Positions 36,386 to 49,320 of a DNA stretch of 64,000 bases are shown here, one piece after another. A program made the translations under genes and the position numbers. The notes beneath the pieces were generated by a model. That model worked only from the letters and a program-made list of their open reading frames with translations, searched no databases and had not been told where the DNA came from. Every line of letters begins with the position of its first letter. The stretch's first letter is position 1. Source of the DNA: Harriotta raleighana (Eukaryota); contig JBNZDD010013718.1 of assembly GCA_050575255.1 (NCBI GenBank), positions 6,236,334-6,300,333 on the forward strand, written 5' to 3'.

Positions 36386-37404
36386 TGATATGTGCTGAAC
36401 TCAAAACTGAACAGTAACCTGCTTCAGAACGTCTAACCATCACGATGCCAGCATTCAAAGCAAAGTCTTTTACCCCAGTTACCCCAACCAATATCACCTC
36501 TGCCATACTCCTCGCTGTTTCTCCTTTTACTGTTCAATGTTTCAATGTTTCTCTTTATTAAATTTTCTGTCTCAAAATTGCCTTGGACATTTAGCACAAT
36601 GGTGATTAATATGGCTTCAGTGATTTAATATGAATAGTTGTATATAAATCTCTATTTCTGAAGCATAAAGATTTGTTAGGTGGTGACAGTAAATTAAAAC
36701 TGAAGAAACATCATTTTAAAATGGCTCACATGTTAAATGACCCGTGCATTTGTCATGAGAAAAAGGTTGGCTCATTCAATGCGGTTATAATTCCCTTGAG
36801 ACCTCCACTTTATTTACTCAGCATATTGTTCATGGCTGCAAACGAAATGTTCATCACACGGCAAGGATGCTGCCACTTGCAAGGCTAGGTTTCCAATTCA
36901 CTTGTATTACGCAGTGAAACATGCTATCCAGCTGAGAACTGACAAAATGCATTCAGTTACTGTTACACGATAAACAGGTTTCAGTGTGAGCCCACGCTGT
37001 AACTGCACAATGTGGAGGGAGGATTGTAATTCCGACTCTATCAGTACGTAATAATGAACATCAAAAGGTGTAATGCCAGCGGTAAAATGCTTTACAACAA
37101 ACAGAGACATGTGCGATTATATTACTGCAGTGCCGATCATATTTGCAGGTGAAAATTGTTTAAATACCATAAAATCGAGTGGAAATGTCACAGGATTTCA
37201 TTGTGAACTGGAGCTTGTGAGTTGTGCGTAACAACGTGGAATGCAAGAGTTTGCAGCAGCTGCAACATCTGCCACAGAAGCCACAACATCTGCTGCAATG
37301 CACACGTTTGAAGACTTCCAATATGGTAAGACGTGATTAGTATCTGGAGAAGACAGTTCCAAGAACTAAACCCACCTGAAAGCTCTAAAACAACAGTGCA
37401 TTTG

Positions 37405-37750
37405 GTACTGCTCCTTATCACCTTGAAAGGATGTCTCAAAGGAAGTTTCCTTCACAGAAATTACTGTGATATAGAGTTACTGTATATTTGTAGGTAAACA
37501 TGGCAGCACAAATGAGCATAGAAACAACTATAAAATCAGTGAACAGTTTTTAATTGGGAGTGGGGGGGGATTTTTGACCAGGACACTGGGAGAAAGAAAC
37601 TCCCCTCTCTTTTTAAAGAGTGCCATGGGATCTTTAATGTTCACCTGAACAGGCAGACAAGATCTCAGTTTAACATCTCATCTGAAGGACAGCACCATCA
37701 ACCAATTTCCTGCTGAATCCTGTACTGTAGTGGTCAGCCTGACTTGTTCT
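37405..37750 (-). mobile_element. DeuSINE (Deu domain plus tail)
   Basis: Minus strand: ggtgctgtccttcagatgagatgttaaactgag...gtctgcctgttcaggtgaacattaaagatcccatggcact...ggggagtttc...cagtgtcctggtcaa. Confidence 0.85.
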
Positions 37751-37767
37751 CTGCACAAAAGTACTTC

Positions 37768-37847
37768 ACTGTAAATGAATGATTGAAAATAATCAAGTGA
37801 AATAACATTTTAGTTCACTTGATTATTTTCAATCATTCATTTGCAGT
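37768..37847. repeat. 34-bp inverted repeat (1 mismatch) with 12-nt spacer
   Basis: actgtaaatgaatgattgaaaataatcaagtgaa / ataacattttag / ttcacttgattattttcaatcattcatttgcagt. Confidence 0.97.
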
Positions 37848-37859
37848 AGGGATGCATTA

Positions 37860-38520
37860 ACTTCTCCTCCTCGCATCTTAGGAATCTTAAACCAGCTGTT
37901 ATCTTGGTTGATCTTTCTGAACCCTTTCTACTGATTTTATGACTTGCTGCAAACAACCAGATTTCATCCCCTCTCCTGATTTACTTCATTTGATGATGTA
38001 CCATCTAATTTGTAACTCTATTTGCTATATTTAGCAGAAATTTTTAGACATTAATTACAATACGTCATTCGTCTGCCCACTGCTAAATCTATCGAGCATC
38101 TCTCTGAATTGTAAGTATTAATAACAGCTTGCGTTCCAACCAGTCCATGGGGAAGGGGAGGAAGGGGGGTTGGAGAAGGAGTAGTGGGGGAGGAGGACTG
38201 TGCTTGTCACCGCTGCCCAATTAGAAATTTGACCATTAATAATAACCCTTTGTTCCTATTAGCCAATTTATCGCCCAATTTCCTGCTTCCTCCCTCATTC
38301 CCTGAGCTTTCACTTCAGCCTCCAGTCTTTCAATGAAGATCCATATCAGATGCTTTCTGTAAGTCAAGATATGCAATATCAACCACATTATTCTCATCAA
38401 CCATCTCTGTACACTCTCAAGGAATTCCATTAAACCTAAATTTGTTAGGCATGATTTTTCATGCATACAGACACTCTTAAATTGAACAATATTGGTTTCT
38501 CTCCCACTAGATGCTCTTGA
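37860..38520 (-). mobile_element. Decayed CR1 reverse-transcriptase fragment
   Basis: KSCLTNL..MEFLE..V...KVKAQG-like...W..NWL (ORF 38236..38616), then DR...WADE remnants; stops and frameshifts. Confidence 0.8.
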
Positions 38521-41519
38521 ATTGTTTCCTTTCTGATAAACATCTACAATTTTCTTATTGTAAATGTCAAACAGGCCTATAGTTCCACTATACATATGAC
38601 TTTTTGAAAGCTGCAATATTTACTCATCTTCTGATCGGCATTGAATGAACAGAGAATGATTCTGCCACAACACCTTGTTTCTGCTTTCATGTTTTTAACC
38701 CTTTAAAGCTCAGTATCTATTGCAACTGCATTTCCTCAATTAGCATAATTAATCGATGAGGACAAATCTGTAAGTGTGATCCGGTCAACTGCTGATCTCT
38801 TATCTTTTATTTTCTGCCAGACAGTCCATCAAAAATCCACTTTTTAAAAAAAATTGCTTATCAAGGTAGACAATATACCAACTAATGAAAAATAAAATAA
38901 ACAGTGACAAGGATTGACAATGGGATGAGTACAAGATTTCTTTTTTTTTTTTAAACTTTAAATAATGTGACCTATGAGTTTGTGTGTGAGCTAAAACATG
39001 CTGCAAATAGATGTTACGGTAATTTTGCCAGCATTTTATTTTGGTTAGTCGGTTGTCTGACACATGCAGGGAAATACTAGAGTATCTAAACTAGACTGAG
39101 AGCTCCACGTATGTTTGTCACCTACACATGAACATTTCCCTTTCTCGGCAATGTAAAGGTTAAAAGTGAACAAAAGCCAGACCCAACATCCAAGTGTCAG
39201 GATACATGTAAAGAGATGACCTGCTGTGCACCAAATGCTGCCTCTTTGTTAACCAAAACCTGTTTTATAAAGTGGTGCATTTTGATAATTTTATTTTTTT
39301 AAAAAATGAATGGATTATCTACTAGTGGCAACTGATCAAATTTTGCACAATGTTCATAGTCCCAATTGGGCTATGTTTACTGCTTTCTTGCACTGCTCAT
39401 TTAGATATTTGATTGGCAATTCATTACAATTTTACATTTCTTTTTAGCAAAAATCCTATTTGAATGGATTTCACATTGAACAGACATTATTACAGGGTGT
39501 TGCCTAATGGCTGAGCTTTCTACATCAAATCATAGTGGGTCTCTCTCTGTCTCTTTCTAACTGTGTTTGTCTCTCTCACTCTTTCATTGGTCATTTTAAT
39601 CCACAACTATTTGTGGGGAAGCTGCTGTGTGCAATTGGCTGCCTCGTTTGGCCCACAAATTATACAGCCAATTCACTTTACAGTTTATTCTGTGAAGTGC
39701 TTTGAGACATCCAGAAGACATGAAAAGCACCATATCAAATGCAAGGATTATTATTATAGGCTGTTGGAGATTACCTTAAAACTTTGTGAATGTGCAGTGA
39801 ATTCTTTAAAATTAAAATAAAAGTGTGTTCTTGCCAACTTTAAATAAAGCGTGTGTTTGTGATGGAATTTTACCCACTGCAACTGCGATTGTATCCAACC
39901 TCTACACTCAGCTTTTCTGAGTGTTGAACAATCACTTTGGTTCATACCTCTGGTCACATATTAAAACACTCACCTAGATTTTCCATGGTGAAACCGAATT
40001 TCCATGTCTCGCCTCTTTTTGTCTTTATAAGAAGCCAAATTCATTCGCAAACATNAAGAAAATGATTTTGTCTCGCCTCTTTTTGTCTTTATAAGAAGCC
40101 AAATTCATTCGCAAACATTTGAGACGTCTGGAAGACATGAAAAATGCTACATCAAATGCAAGGAGTATTATTATCTTCTGCTCTCTTTTGTTCTTGAGTT
40201 CCTTTCACTCACTTTGCTCATTCCCCACCAACACCCCCCAACTCCATAACCTCTGGGGTTTTCATTTTATAGCTGTTTTCTTGGAAGCCTCTTGCTTTAC
40301 AGTCGCTCTTACTCATTTTTGCAACTTATCCCCTGAATTGCTTTTCCTACTCAAACCCAAACCCTCTGTGATTTCCTTGACCAACTCCCACCCCACTACA
40401 CGTGTGTCCCCTCATATCCTGTCTCATTAGCATTACCCACAGCCCAGTCATTCTACAATTACAATAACTGACCCTCACTCACTTTTCCTTCCTTATTTCT
40501 GGTTCACATGGAGGGAGAAAAAATCCTGAAACCGAAACCTAAATCTAGACGACTAGTTCAGCACGTTTTTACTATTTAATGGGTTCCCACTCACAGTGTC
40601 AGCGCTGGGAGCTGGTGGGCAGTCAAACCAGTGACTTATTTATTAACTGACTAAATATAACTAACTCACTCAATGCACAGATCTTATGCGACACAGTTTG
40701 CGATTTTCAGCGTCATGGGGTGGAGGGGGGTGGAAAAAAAAACATTTGCAATATCTGAGAAGCACTAACAGGAACCAATAAATAATAGGTCAACAAACGC
40801 ACATGGATAACACACATATCTATGAAAAAAAACATTTAAGCAATATCTTCAAACACTGTACCTGGATGGACACTTTGTTAGACACACAGGCAGGCTGTGT
40901 CAGATTATAGTGTAGGTTATCTTTGAACGGTAGGTGAATGAATGAGCATCGCAGCAAAGACTGCTTCCAATTGTGTGATTGGGTCGGGAAATCTCTGACA
41001 TACATTACTGTATAACATTCTCGGCTTGTAACAGTGACTTAAACAACTGCAGTCTCCCCGCTGTGACAGGGATTTGTGTTTGCCCTTTAAATATCACTAA
41101 ATTGCTGCTCATTTTTACTCCACTTCCAAGTAAAAGTGGTCTGTGGGTGACAGCCTCCTCTGTGCAGACTCTTATCACAACCTTGCTTAGTTTAAAGGGC
41201 GTTGTTTACATGGTTTGAAATTTAATTGCTGAAATTGCCCAATTAGTGCTTTTTTTTACACACACACACATATGCAGTGTATCGGTGTTTGAGGCATCCG
41301 GTGTCTGAATCCAGATAACGAGTTAGCGAGGCTGTCTAGGGTGTATTGCATAATCGTACAGAAACATTGATGACTGATCACCAGTTATCTGCCCAGGGCA
41401 GGGAAACAGATTAGCAGAGCGTGTGTAATCAGTGTTGTGAGATCTGACACACAGCAGGCAGCCTCCATCCAGCCCTGCCAAATAAAGGAAACAAATCTGT
41501 GTTTAGTTTTTATTTACCA

Positions 41520-41541
41520 ACACACACACACACACACACAC
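41520..41541. repeat. (AC)n microsatellite
   Basis: About 11 AC units. Confidence 0.9.
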
Positions 41542-44500
41542 TTCTGACAGCAGCACGTTAAAGCAATGTGCAGATGGCTTCAATAGACAGTACTCCACAC
41601 ACCAAGTCAGCTGGACCATTGCAAAACATACAAGCGCATGTTCTACACTGTGCTCATCACTTTACTCATCTGTTTTTACATCTGTGTGAACAACAGAGTG
41701 TGATTTGGGGTTTGCAGTTCTTATGAAATCTTCCTGATACGATTGCTTGTTTTTTTAAAAAAAATCTTCTTTTTTCTGCTGTGTTTTTGCACAGTGCAGT
41801 TCCGGATTCCGTTAAAATTAAGGGAACTTATAATGTGGTTTTAATGACCATCTTAACTCGCTTTACTGGTATAACTGCTGTAAGAAAGCCCTTTTACTCT
41901 TCCCTCAGCATCAAGACCAACTTTGAAAAGTGACTCCACCAAAAGTAATTAGACAGCTATTAAAAGCAACAGACTAATGATGAATAGTCTAATAAAAAAG
42001 GGACTAAGAAAATACTCCTCTGGTGCTTGTCAGTGACCGAGTGTGAAGTTGTCTGGTTCAAAGGGCTGAAGATTCAAATGCCCTGTCTCTTAGTTTCTTA
42101 TTAATCACATGAGATTTCTACATTTTGTCTATTTAAAATGGTGGCAGAGCAATTATGCTGGGCTACCTCTGTAGCCGGTCATTAGTTGAATATTTGAATA
42201 ATGGTTGCACCCCTTTATCAGCACTACAAATTGGTAGGACGAGTGGAAACTCTTGGTGAAGCCTCAGAAGGTTATGCTAATTCCAGGAAAAACTTTGCAC
42301 AGTGACAATCAAATGAAACTGAACTGTCAACATTCACTGTCATTATCAGAGGGAGAACTACTGAAGAAAAGATATCAAAGTCTCCTCTGGTATACATGAG
42401 CCCATTGAGGTCACCCCCTCCTCTAACAATATTTATAATGAAAGAACAAAGTTTTAGATGTCATCCCTGATTACCTCAGTCTATAAAGCAAAGGTTCCTC
42501 CTGCATGTATTCCCCTAGGCCTTTACTAAATTTACCTGGTACTTATCTCTGTGCCACAAAGACATGCTGTGCTTAAAAGCACCACCAACTAATAAGGTTT
42601 GCATATTGCAAAGAGAGAGCATATACAATGAAGAAGAAAAGGAATGGCATTATTAAACATAAAATGCGCTCAGGACGGAAGTCAATGAAACTTTAATACA
42701 GCTTGACTTTGCCTGATTTTTTTTAAGAAGAGTCATTCACATTTCTGTGAAATGGTTTCAAAACCAAATGTTAATAGAGTGGGTAATTATGGCGAACAAT
42801 TCATTTGGGTTGGTGAAATAAGGAATTAGTGGTTGTCTGGTTGCCAGTGGCAGACTTTTTATTTTATTTTGCTTTGCATTGTCAAGAAAGTGTTGTAAAA
42901 TAAGACAGGCTGCGCATACTTTCCCAGCAGCCAGACAGGGAGGTAAAAAGACAAATCCGTCCCTTTTGTGTGGGAGCTGTAGGCTATGACCATCATCTCC
43001 TCTGCCATTCCAGTCACATTTGCATATCCAAGGCCACCTGAGGTAGTGCAGGCATTTCAAGCCAGGTTCACTGCAAGAAAAGATCAGGGAGTGAATGAAA
43101 CAGGAAGAAGAGGAACTGCCAAGATGTAAGTCGCCACATGCAAACTCGCCAAACAATTCCCTTTGAAGCAATCTCCCTTTCAACATACTGCAATCCAGAC
43201 ATAATAGAATGTGCCAGAAATCATTAAAAAACAACCACCGGGCTCTTCAGCTTCTGCACTCAAAACTTAAAACTTTATTTATATTCTAGGATTAATCACT
43301 CCCTCCTATTCAGCAAAGATTGAAGCTGCTTGAGACATATGCCAAGCCAACAGCTGTAAGAATGGGGACGAGTAGTGCTGAAGTACTTTGAGAACAGATG
43401 GACCTTTTTGTGTGTTATGGAGACTCTCAAAGCAACAAGTAAGGGTTGATTACTTTAAAAGCCTGGAAGCAGGTTCAACTAAATCCAGTTCGTTTTTTTT
43501 ATTAATCATTCCTTAATTTGAAATAAAATTTTAAACTTTGATTTTGGTGCAATCATGCTGCCAGACAATCCTTTGCACAGCACCCTTGGCGTGATGATCT
43601 AGAGGACTAAAGATCTGCCAAGGTATAGTGGATTTATGCACAAAAGCTTTGTGTCATCGAAGACACTTATGTAGATTCCATTAAAGATCATCATCCATTA
43701 AAGTACTGGATTTTTTTCATGTGTGCTCAAAATGTTCATTCTTTTCATTACTTTGCCTGAAATCCTAAGCAATTTAAATGCTGTTTGTTCTGTGGTATCG
43801 GTTTTGAGTTGGGGTAAAAAAAAATAGCTTATAGTTTAACTTACTCAAATGGAAGAAAACAAAGTTAATGGTGAAAAAAGCAATTTTTTTATTTAACCTC
43901 TTTGGATACCAGCCTCAGTTCACGTTAACATTTGGATGTGCCGATGACTTGCAATCATATCTCCCGATTGATTGTTGGTGGAGCAATTGCAATTTCCGCA
44001 TGGGTGTATTGTCATGTGGTTTTGCCTCCCACGATGGCCACTTTGTGCATAGCATCTCAGAAGAGGTAGATTATCGGGTCTAATTTGTGATTTGGGAATA
44101 ATAACACATGCAAAATTTGCTGGTTGGGTTAACTGTGTGCAATAAAAAGAACTGACAGGTGATTTTGTAGTGCTTTACATTGGTTGCCAATGATACAATT
44201 AAGGTCATCTGTGTGCATTTATACAACCACATAACACTATCAGGGCCTTATTCAAAATCACACCCAGTTTTGATTCTTTATTTAAGTGAAAGAGGACCTT
44301 CCAGTATCAAAACATCCCATTTTGGAAAATGACAATCTGATAAATAACAGCAGCATACCTAACTCCTGATGGCTGAGCTCAGATAGTGATGAGACATTTT
44401 TTAACAATAATACTGGCATGTCATAAAGTGCCTTATCATGCTATAGAGACATCTTTGCCATGCCCAAAAAAAAGATCCAAGGTCCTCTATTTGTTTGTAC

Positions 44501-45504
44501 CCAGCACATAGCCATGAAAACTATCCCATGAAAACCTTTGTCCTTTGCTGACATTTTCACCTTTACTGCAATGCAATACTTCTCAGTAACATATTGAGTG
44601 GAACATTTCCCTCATCAATGTAATCTTCAATTAAATGATTTCACTTACAGCCTGTGGTGAGTTAAAACCCAGTAATGATTTTTAAAAATGCAATAGTAAC
44701 TGTACACAGTTACTAGTACAGCTTGGTACCTATCAAACCAACAACCCCAAACTAGATTCTCTCAATACAAACATAGCAGTAGTAACAGGAAAGAATATTT
44801 TTGTGAACCAGATCATCAGTGTATTAATTGGAACAGATTGACAATAACGTCACATCTTTCATTCCAGGGTGTTTTAGCTAAAACACCAAGTGGATTCTGT
44901 TTTAGCCAAACTACTAAGTGTACTGAAGATTCCAAAAAGCTTTTAAAAGATGGGTTCAATGAAATATTAGATTTCAGACATGTGTCCCAACTGCTAATTA
45001 ATTTACGTGTGCTTAATCATTTTCCAGCACTTTGTTGCATGTATATATTAATGTTTCTACAGGACCAGTGTGTCCTTGTTAATGCACAAGGGAAGGGGAA
45101 AAACAAATGAAGCAGTAGAAATGATTCTGTCAATATTTATATGTGGATCTTCAACAAGAATAAATGTTCCACTTACTCCAAGGCTAGAAGTTTTAATATC
45201 TATGCAGCAAAATTGTGAGTTATACAAATACTGTGCTATAGCTGCACAGTGAAAGCTGTACCTGGAATGAATCTGAGACTATGTGACCATGTCCTCTCCT
45301 CAGTTTGTGAACTCCATTTATTTCTATTTGAGGTATTATAGGATGTAAGCCCCCTAGTTTGGAACTCCTGCTTGGCAATAAAGTATGAGTTAGTTGATCC
45401 TGTATTCTATCTTTCCCTCTCTTTAAATCAATAGTGGCTGAATATTATTTACAGACCTGCCTCTCTTGCCATGTTTGAAACAGGGATGCAGTAGACTATT
45501 TACA

Positions 45505-45819
45505 GGAATCCTGTAGCTCAATGGTTAGAACAGTCGCCTTACAGGTGGAGACTTGGGTTCAATTCCAGGCAGAGTGAAACCTTTGGCAAGTTTTCTTACT
45601 CCACATGCCTAATAATAATCCCTCAAAAAAACAAATAATAATTCAGTCATTTCTAACCACAACTGGTTGTGGAATACTGCTGTGCACAATTTGCTGCCAG
45701 GTTTCGCCCACATATATACAGTCAATTCACTTAACAGTATATTCTGTGAAGCGCTTTGAGACATCTAGAAGATGTGAAAAGGGCTATATCAACTGTAAGG
45801 ATGATGATAATTATTATTA
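45505..45819 (+). mobile_element. Full-length tRNA-derived SINE, short form
   Basis: ggaatcctgtagctcaatggttagaa...gggttcaattcc (box B)...gtgaagcgctttgagacatctagaagatgtgaaaa. Confidence 0.92.
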
Positions 45820-46994
45820 CAATTGTAGGTTGGGCTCTACCAAATCCAATGGAACCACAATCACAAATTACAAATTCAATTCAGCGTCAGCAACTGTGTC
45901 CTGCTTTTGGTGCAAGAACCTTCTCCTTCCCTTATTAATTTGTAACAAATACTTGATGTGATATTTTAAAAAGAAAAGTTTCATATAAGAGCGATGTTCT
46001 GGTCCTCTTGTGATCAGAGTTGCTACCTTCATGACAAGGCTGTTGAATGGAAACCTGATGCTCTATCAATGTGGTTTAGCTGGAAGCACTGTTTGCAGGG
46101 AACAGTTTGCGAGGGACTGTCGGAAGACAATCCCCATAGCATCAGAAATAACGCAACAAACGATGGTAGGGCTCAAATAAGAGGCGTCGGCCACTGTGTG
46201 GTGCGTTTGTAACTCTCTCTATTTAAATTCATGAGCTTTATATTTTTAAAACTGCATTGAAAGTATTATTATACAGATAAATACTCAAGAATAAAGCTTG
46301 ATGCTAGAATATTCCTTTTACACACTGACAAAAGCCGCCTTAGATCTTTGTGGTTTTTAGTGACTTTACTTCAGATCATGAAAACTAATGTGAGTGTTTC
46401 ACTGCACAGACTAATTTCATTTAGGATGATTAAGTCCAATTTATTTAACATAAATATTTTCTAGATTTGTCAGACGTAATGGTAGAATAGAGAGTACGGA
46501 TCACAGAGAACTAGAAATAAGAAACCATTCCTGATCTAAGGGAAACAGTCAGTTCATTAAAATAAATCATTTTTTATTCTGCTTTCTTCATCTTTTTCCC
46601 TCAGAATGATGTGGGTGTTTAACACAGGAACCAAATTCATGCCTCAGAACATTACATGTCTAAGAGTAGCAAGTGTTGAAGAGCTCCAACGCAGTATGAA
46701 GCCATCCCCTCCAGCGTAAAATTGATAAAATATAAATGATAAGGAAATTGTAACTTTAATTTAAACTTTATTCTGAAATATTTTGGCTATTTTTAATAAT
46801 ACATGAATAGTGTGACTGGAATGTAGAGATGAATCTGGAGGTAAGTACAGCTCCCACAATACACTGCACAGCCCAACTACCAGCACAGCCAGTCAATGAC
46901 TCCCGACCTTCGTGTTTCCAGATAACATGGTGTGATGCTAAGACGTTTCGCCATCAACACGGCTTATTGTCTCCAAATACCAGTGTGGAAATGA

Positions 46995-47625
46995 TAGCAG
47001 AAGATTTGGGATTTATATACAGGGGCATTGAAATCAAAAGCAGGGAATTGATGATAAATTCAAGCAAGATGTTAGTTAGATCACAGCTGGAGTACTCCAT
47101 GCAGTTCTCGGGGATACCACTTTACAGAACGGACATCAAAGCCAAGCAAAGGATACAATGTAGATTCATACAAAAGACACCAGGGATGAGAGATTACAGT
47201 TATGATGATAGGCTTGTTTGTTTTAATTGGAACAAGATAAGGTTACGAGGCAATTTAGTAGAGGTCTTCAAAATTCTGAAAAGGATTGAGAAGATACTGA
47301 AAGATTATTCTTACTGGGTGGAGAACCAACAACAAGGGGTTTAGCTCAGGATTGACACGGGAAGAGTTAAAAGGGAAGGTTAGAAGATTTTTTTAAACAA
47401 AGGGAGCTATTAGGACACGGAATGCTTTGCCAGAAGTGGCTATTGAGGCTGAGACCATAGCAACATTTAAAAGGCAGTTGAATAAACATTTGAAGAGGAA
47501 CAAATAAAAGAGTACAGGGAAAGAGCAGGGAATTGGTATTATATTTGTTAGCTCCAGAAGAGGATCTAACACCGACCAACAGACTGGATCAGCTGAATAG
47601 TCTCAGCTGTAATTTGTATAATGGT
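46995..47625 (+). mobile_element. CR1 LINE 3' region
   Basis: LGFIYRGIEIKSRE...LVRSQLEYSMQF...PGMRDYSYDDRL...RLRGNLVEVFKILK (ORF 46829..47344), continuing out of frame to FKRQLNKHL and the 3' UTR. Confidence 0.92.
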
Positions 47626-48569
47626 TTGATGCTCACTATGTTCATATTGCAAGTGTTGAATTGATTGCATTGCTACAAATAGAAACATGAATTCTGAACC
47701 TTAATGGTAAACTCAAACCTACTTATCAATTCTAATCTTCAACAATCTTGCTTCTGAATAAATTGCACTTGTTGTTTCATTGCATCTGAAGGGTATCATT
47801 GGTGTTGTTCAATGCCAATTTGATGAATCATAAGCAAACATTGAAATTTAAATACCGCCTTTTCCCATTTCGGAGTCTCTTCTTCCACAGTTTGTCTATT
47901 CGAAGGTAATTTTGCACATTCTTTTGACTGACTTGCATGCAATTGGAGTGAAAAGCTGCCTCTCCAAAACAAATTAGTTCTATCAGAGAAAAAAGCAGCA
48001 AATGACCTATGGTTTCCTGGGATACCAGCCTGAAGAAACACTGGTAATCCATAGTGTAGAATTCTTCACAATGCTATATCTTTGATTCCCTCTCACAAAT
48101 GAAAAGGCCTCTCTTGACTAAGCCTAACTTATAAAGAGAAGACACACAGACTTATTAACTTCTTTCCAATCTGTTAACAACCGATAGAATCTGAAATGTA
48201 GGACATTACAATAATGCAAACATTTATCAAAAGGTACTTCTGAGCAACGTCAAAGACTGAGGTCAAATTTCAAATCTATTTGTTTTAGCTCAGAAATCTT
48301 TAATGCAAATAGGTATCAGTGGAGCATGCTTCACAAAGAAACTCACAGTATAATGTATACTAGGCAATGGGGCTAGTCAAGAAACACCCGACATCGCTCA
48401 AAAAATACAGTAGTGAGGTTCAGTTTAACATTTTAAGAGGTTCGTAATGAACAGTTATTCCTGAGAAATTGGAATATTGCTGCATTGTTCAAAAGAGAGA
48501 AAATATGTTTGAAAATTATAGACCATAATTGCATTGCTGTAAATTGAGGTGCAATTAAAATGCGATGGA

Positions 48570-49075
48570 GAACAACAATTTTAAAAATCATATTTATAAA
48601 GTGCCTTTCATGTTGGGAGGATGTCCCAAGGCACTGAATCCCCCACCTACAGGGTAGGGACCCGAGCACTGGGAAGAGGCAGGGTAGAGGGGAGGGGAGG
48701 TAGAGAGGTGGGGAGGTGGCCAAAGGCACGATTGAACAGGAGGGTCTTGAGACCTGCCTTGAAGGAGGCAAGGGAGGAATCAAGGCAAAGGGACTGTAGG
48801 ATGGGGTTCCAGAGTTTGGGGGCAGAGAGGCTGAAAGCCCGGCCACCGATGGTTGGGCTGTTCGGATAGGAGACATGGAGCAGACCGGAGCCCACCGAAC
48901 GGAGGGGGCAGACAGATAGATAGGGAATCATCAGGTCGGAGAGATAGGAAGGGCAAAGCCATGAATGGTTTTGAAAGTGAGGGCAAGGATCTTGAATTCG
49001 ATCTTCTGGGGAATGGGGAGCCAATAGAGCCAGTGAGGGTGGGAGTGTTGTGATCTCGGAATTTAGAAACCATCT
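48570..49075 (-). mobile_element. L2-clade LINE 3' fragment
   Basis: PSYLSDL...PLRSVGSGLLHV...TIGGRAFSLSAPKLWN..SLASFKAGLKTLLF (ORF 48647..49081) plus tail A. Confidence 0.93.
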
Positions 49076-49111
49076 CCTCAAATTTTAGTTTGCTCTCTTT
49101 TCAAACACTGA

Positions 49112-49320
49112 CGCAGGATCTTCAACGTACATTTGAACAGGCACTCATTTTAATAGATCAATAGTACCTGTGACAATGTAACACTGCAGCACTCCCCAGT
49201 TTCTGTGTTGTACTGGAGCGTCAGCCTAAACTAAGAGCTCAAAGCACTGACGCGAGTTTTGAAGCTACTACCATCTGTTTCACAAGCGAATACCGTACTA
49301 CCAACTGAGCTAGGCTAACA
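49112..49320 (-). mobile_element. Decayed DeuSINE 5' half
   Basis: Minus strand: gctcagttggtagtac head, gagctcttagtttaggctgacgctccagtac, gcctgttcaaatgtacgttgaagatcc. Confidence 0.7.

Noticed and set aside
42758-43234. 158-aa minus-strand ORF
   Set aside because: No recognisable domain, non-ATG start, Cys/Leu/Phe-rich composition typical of random ORFs, no supporting exon series
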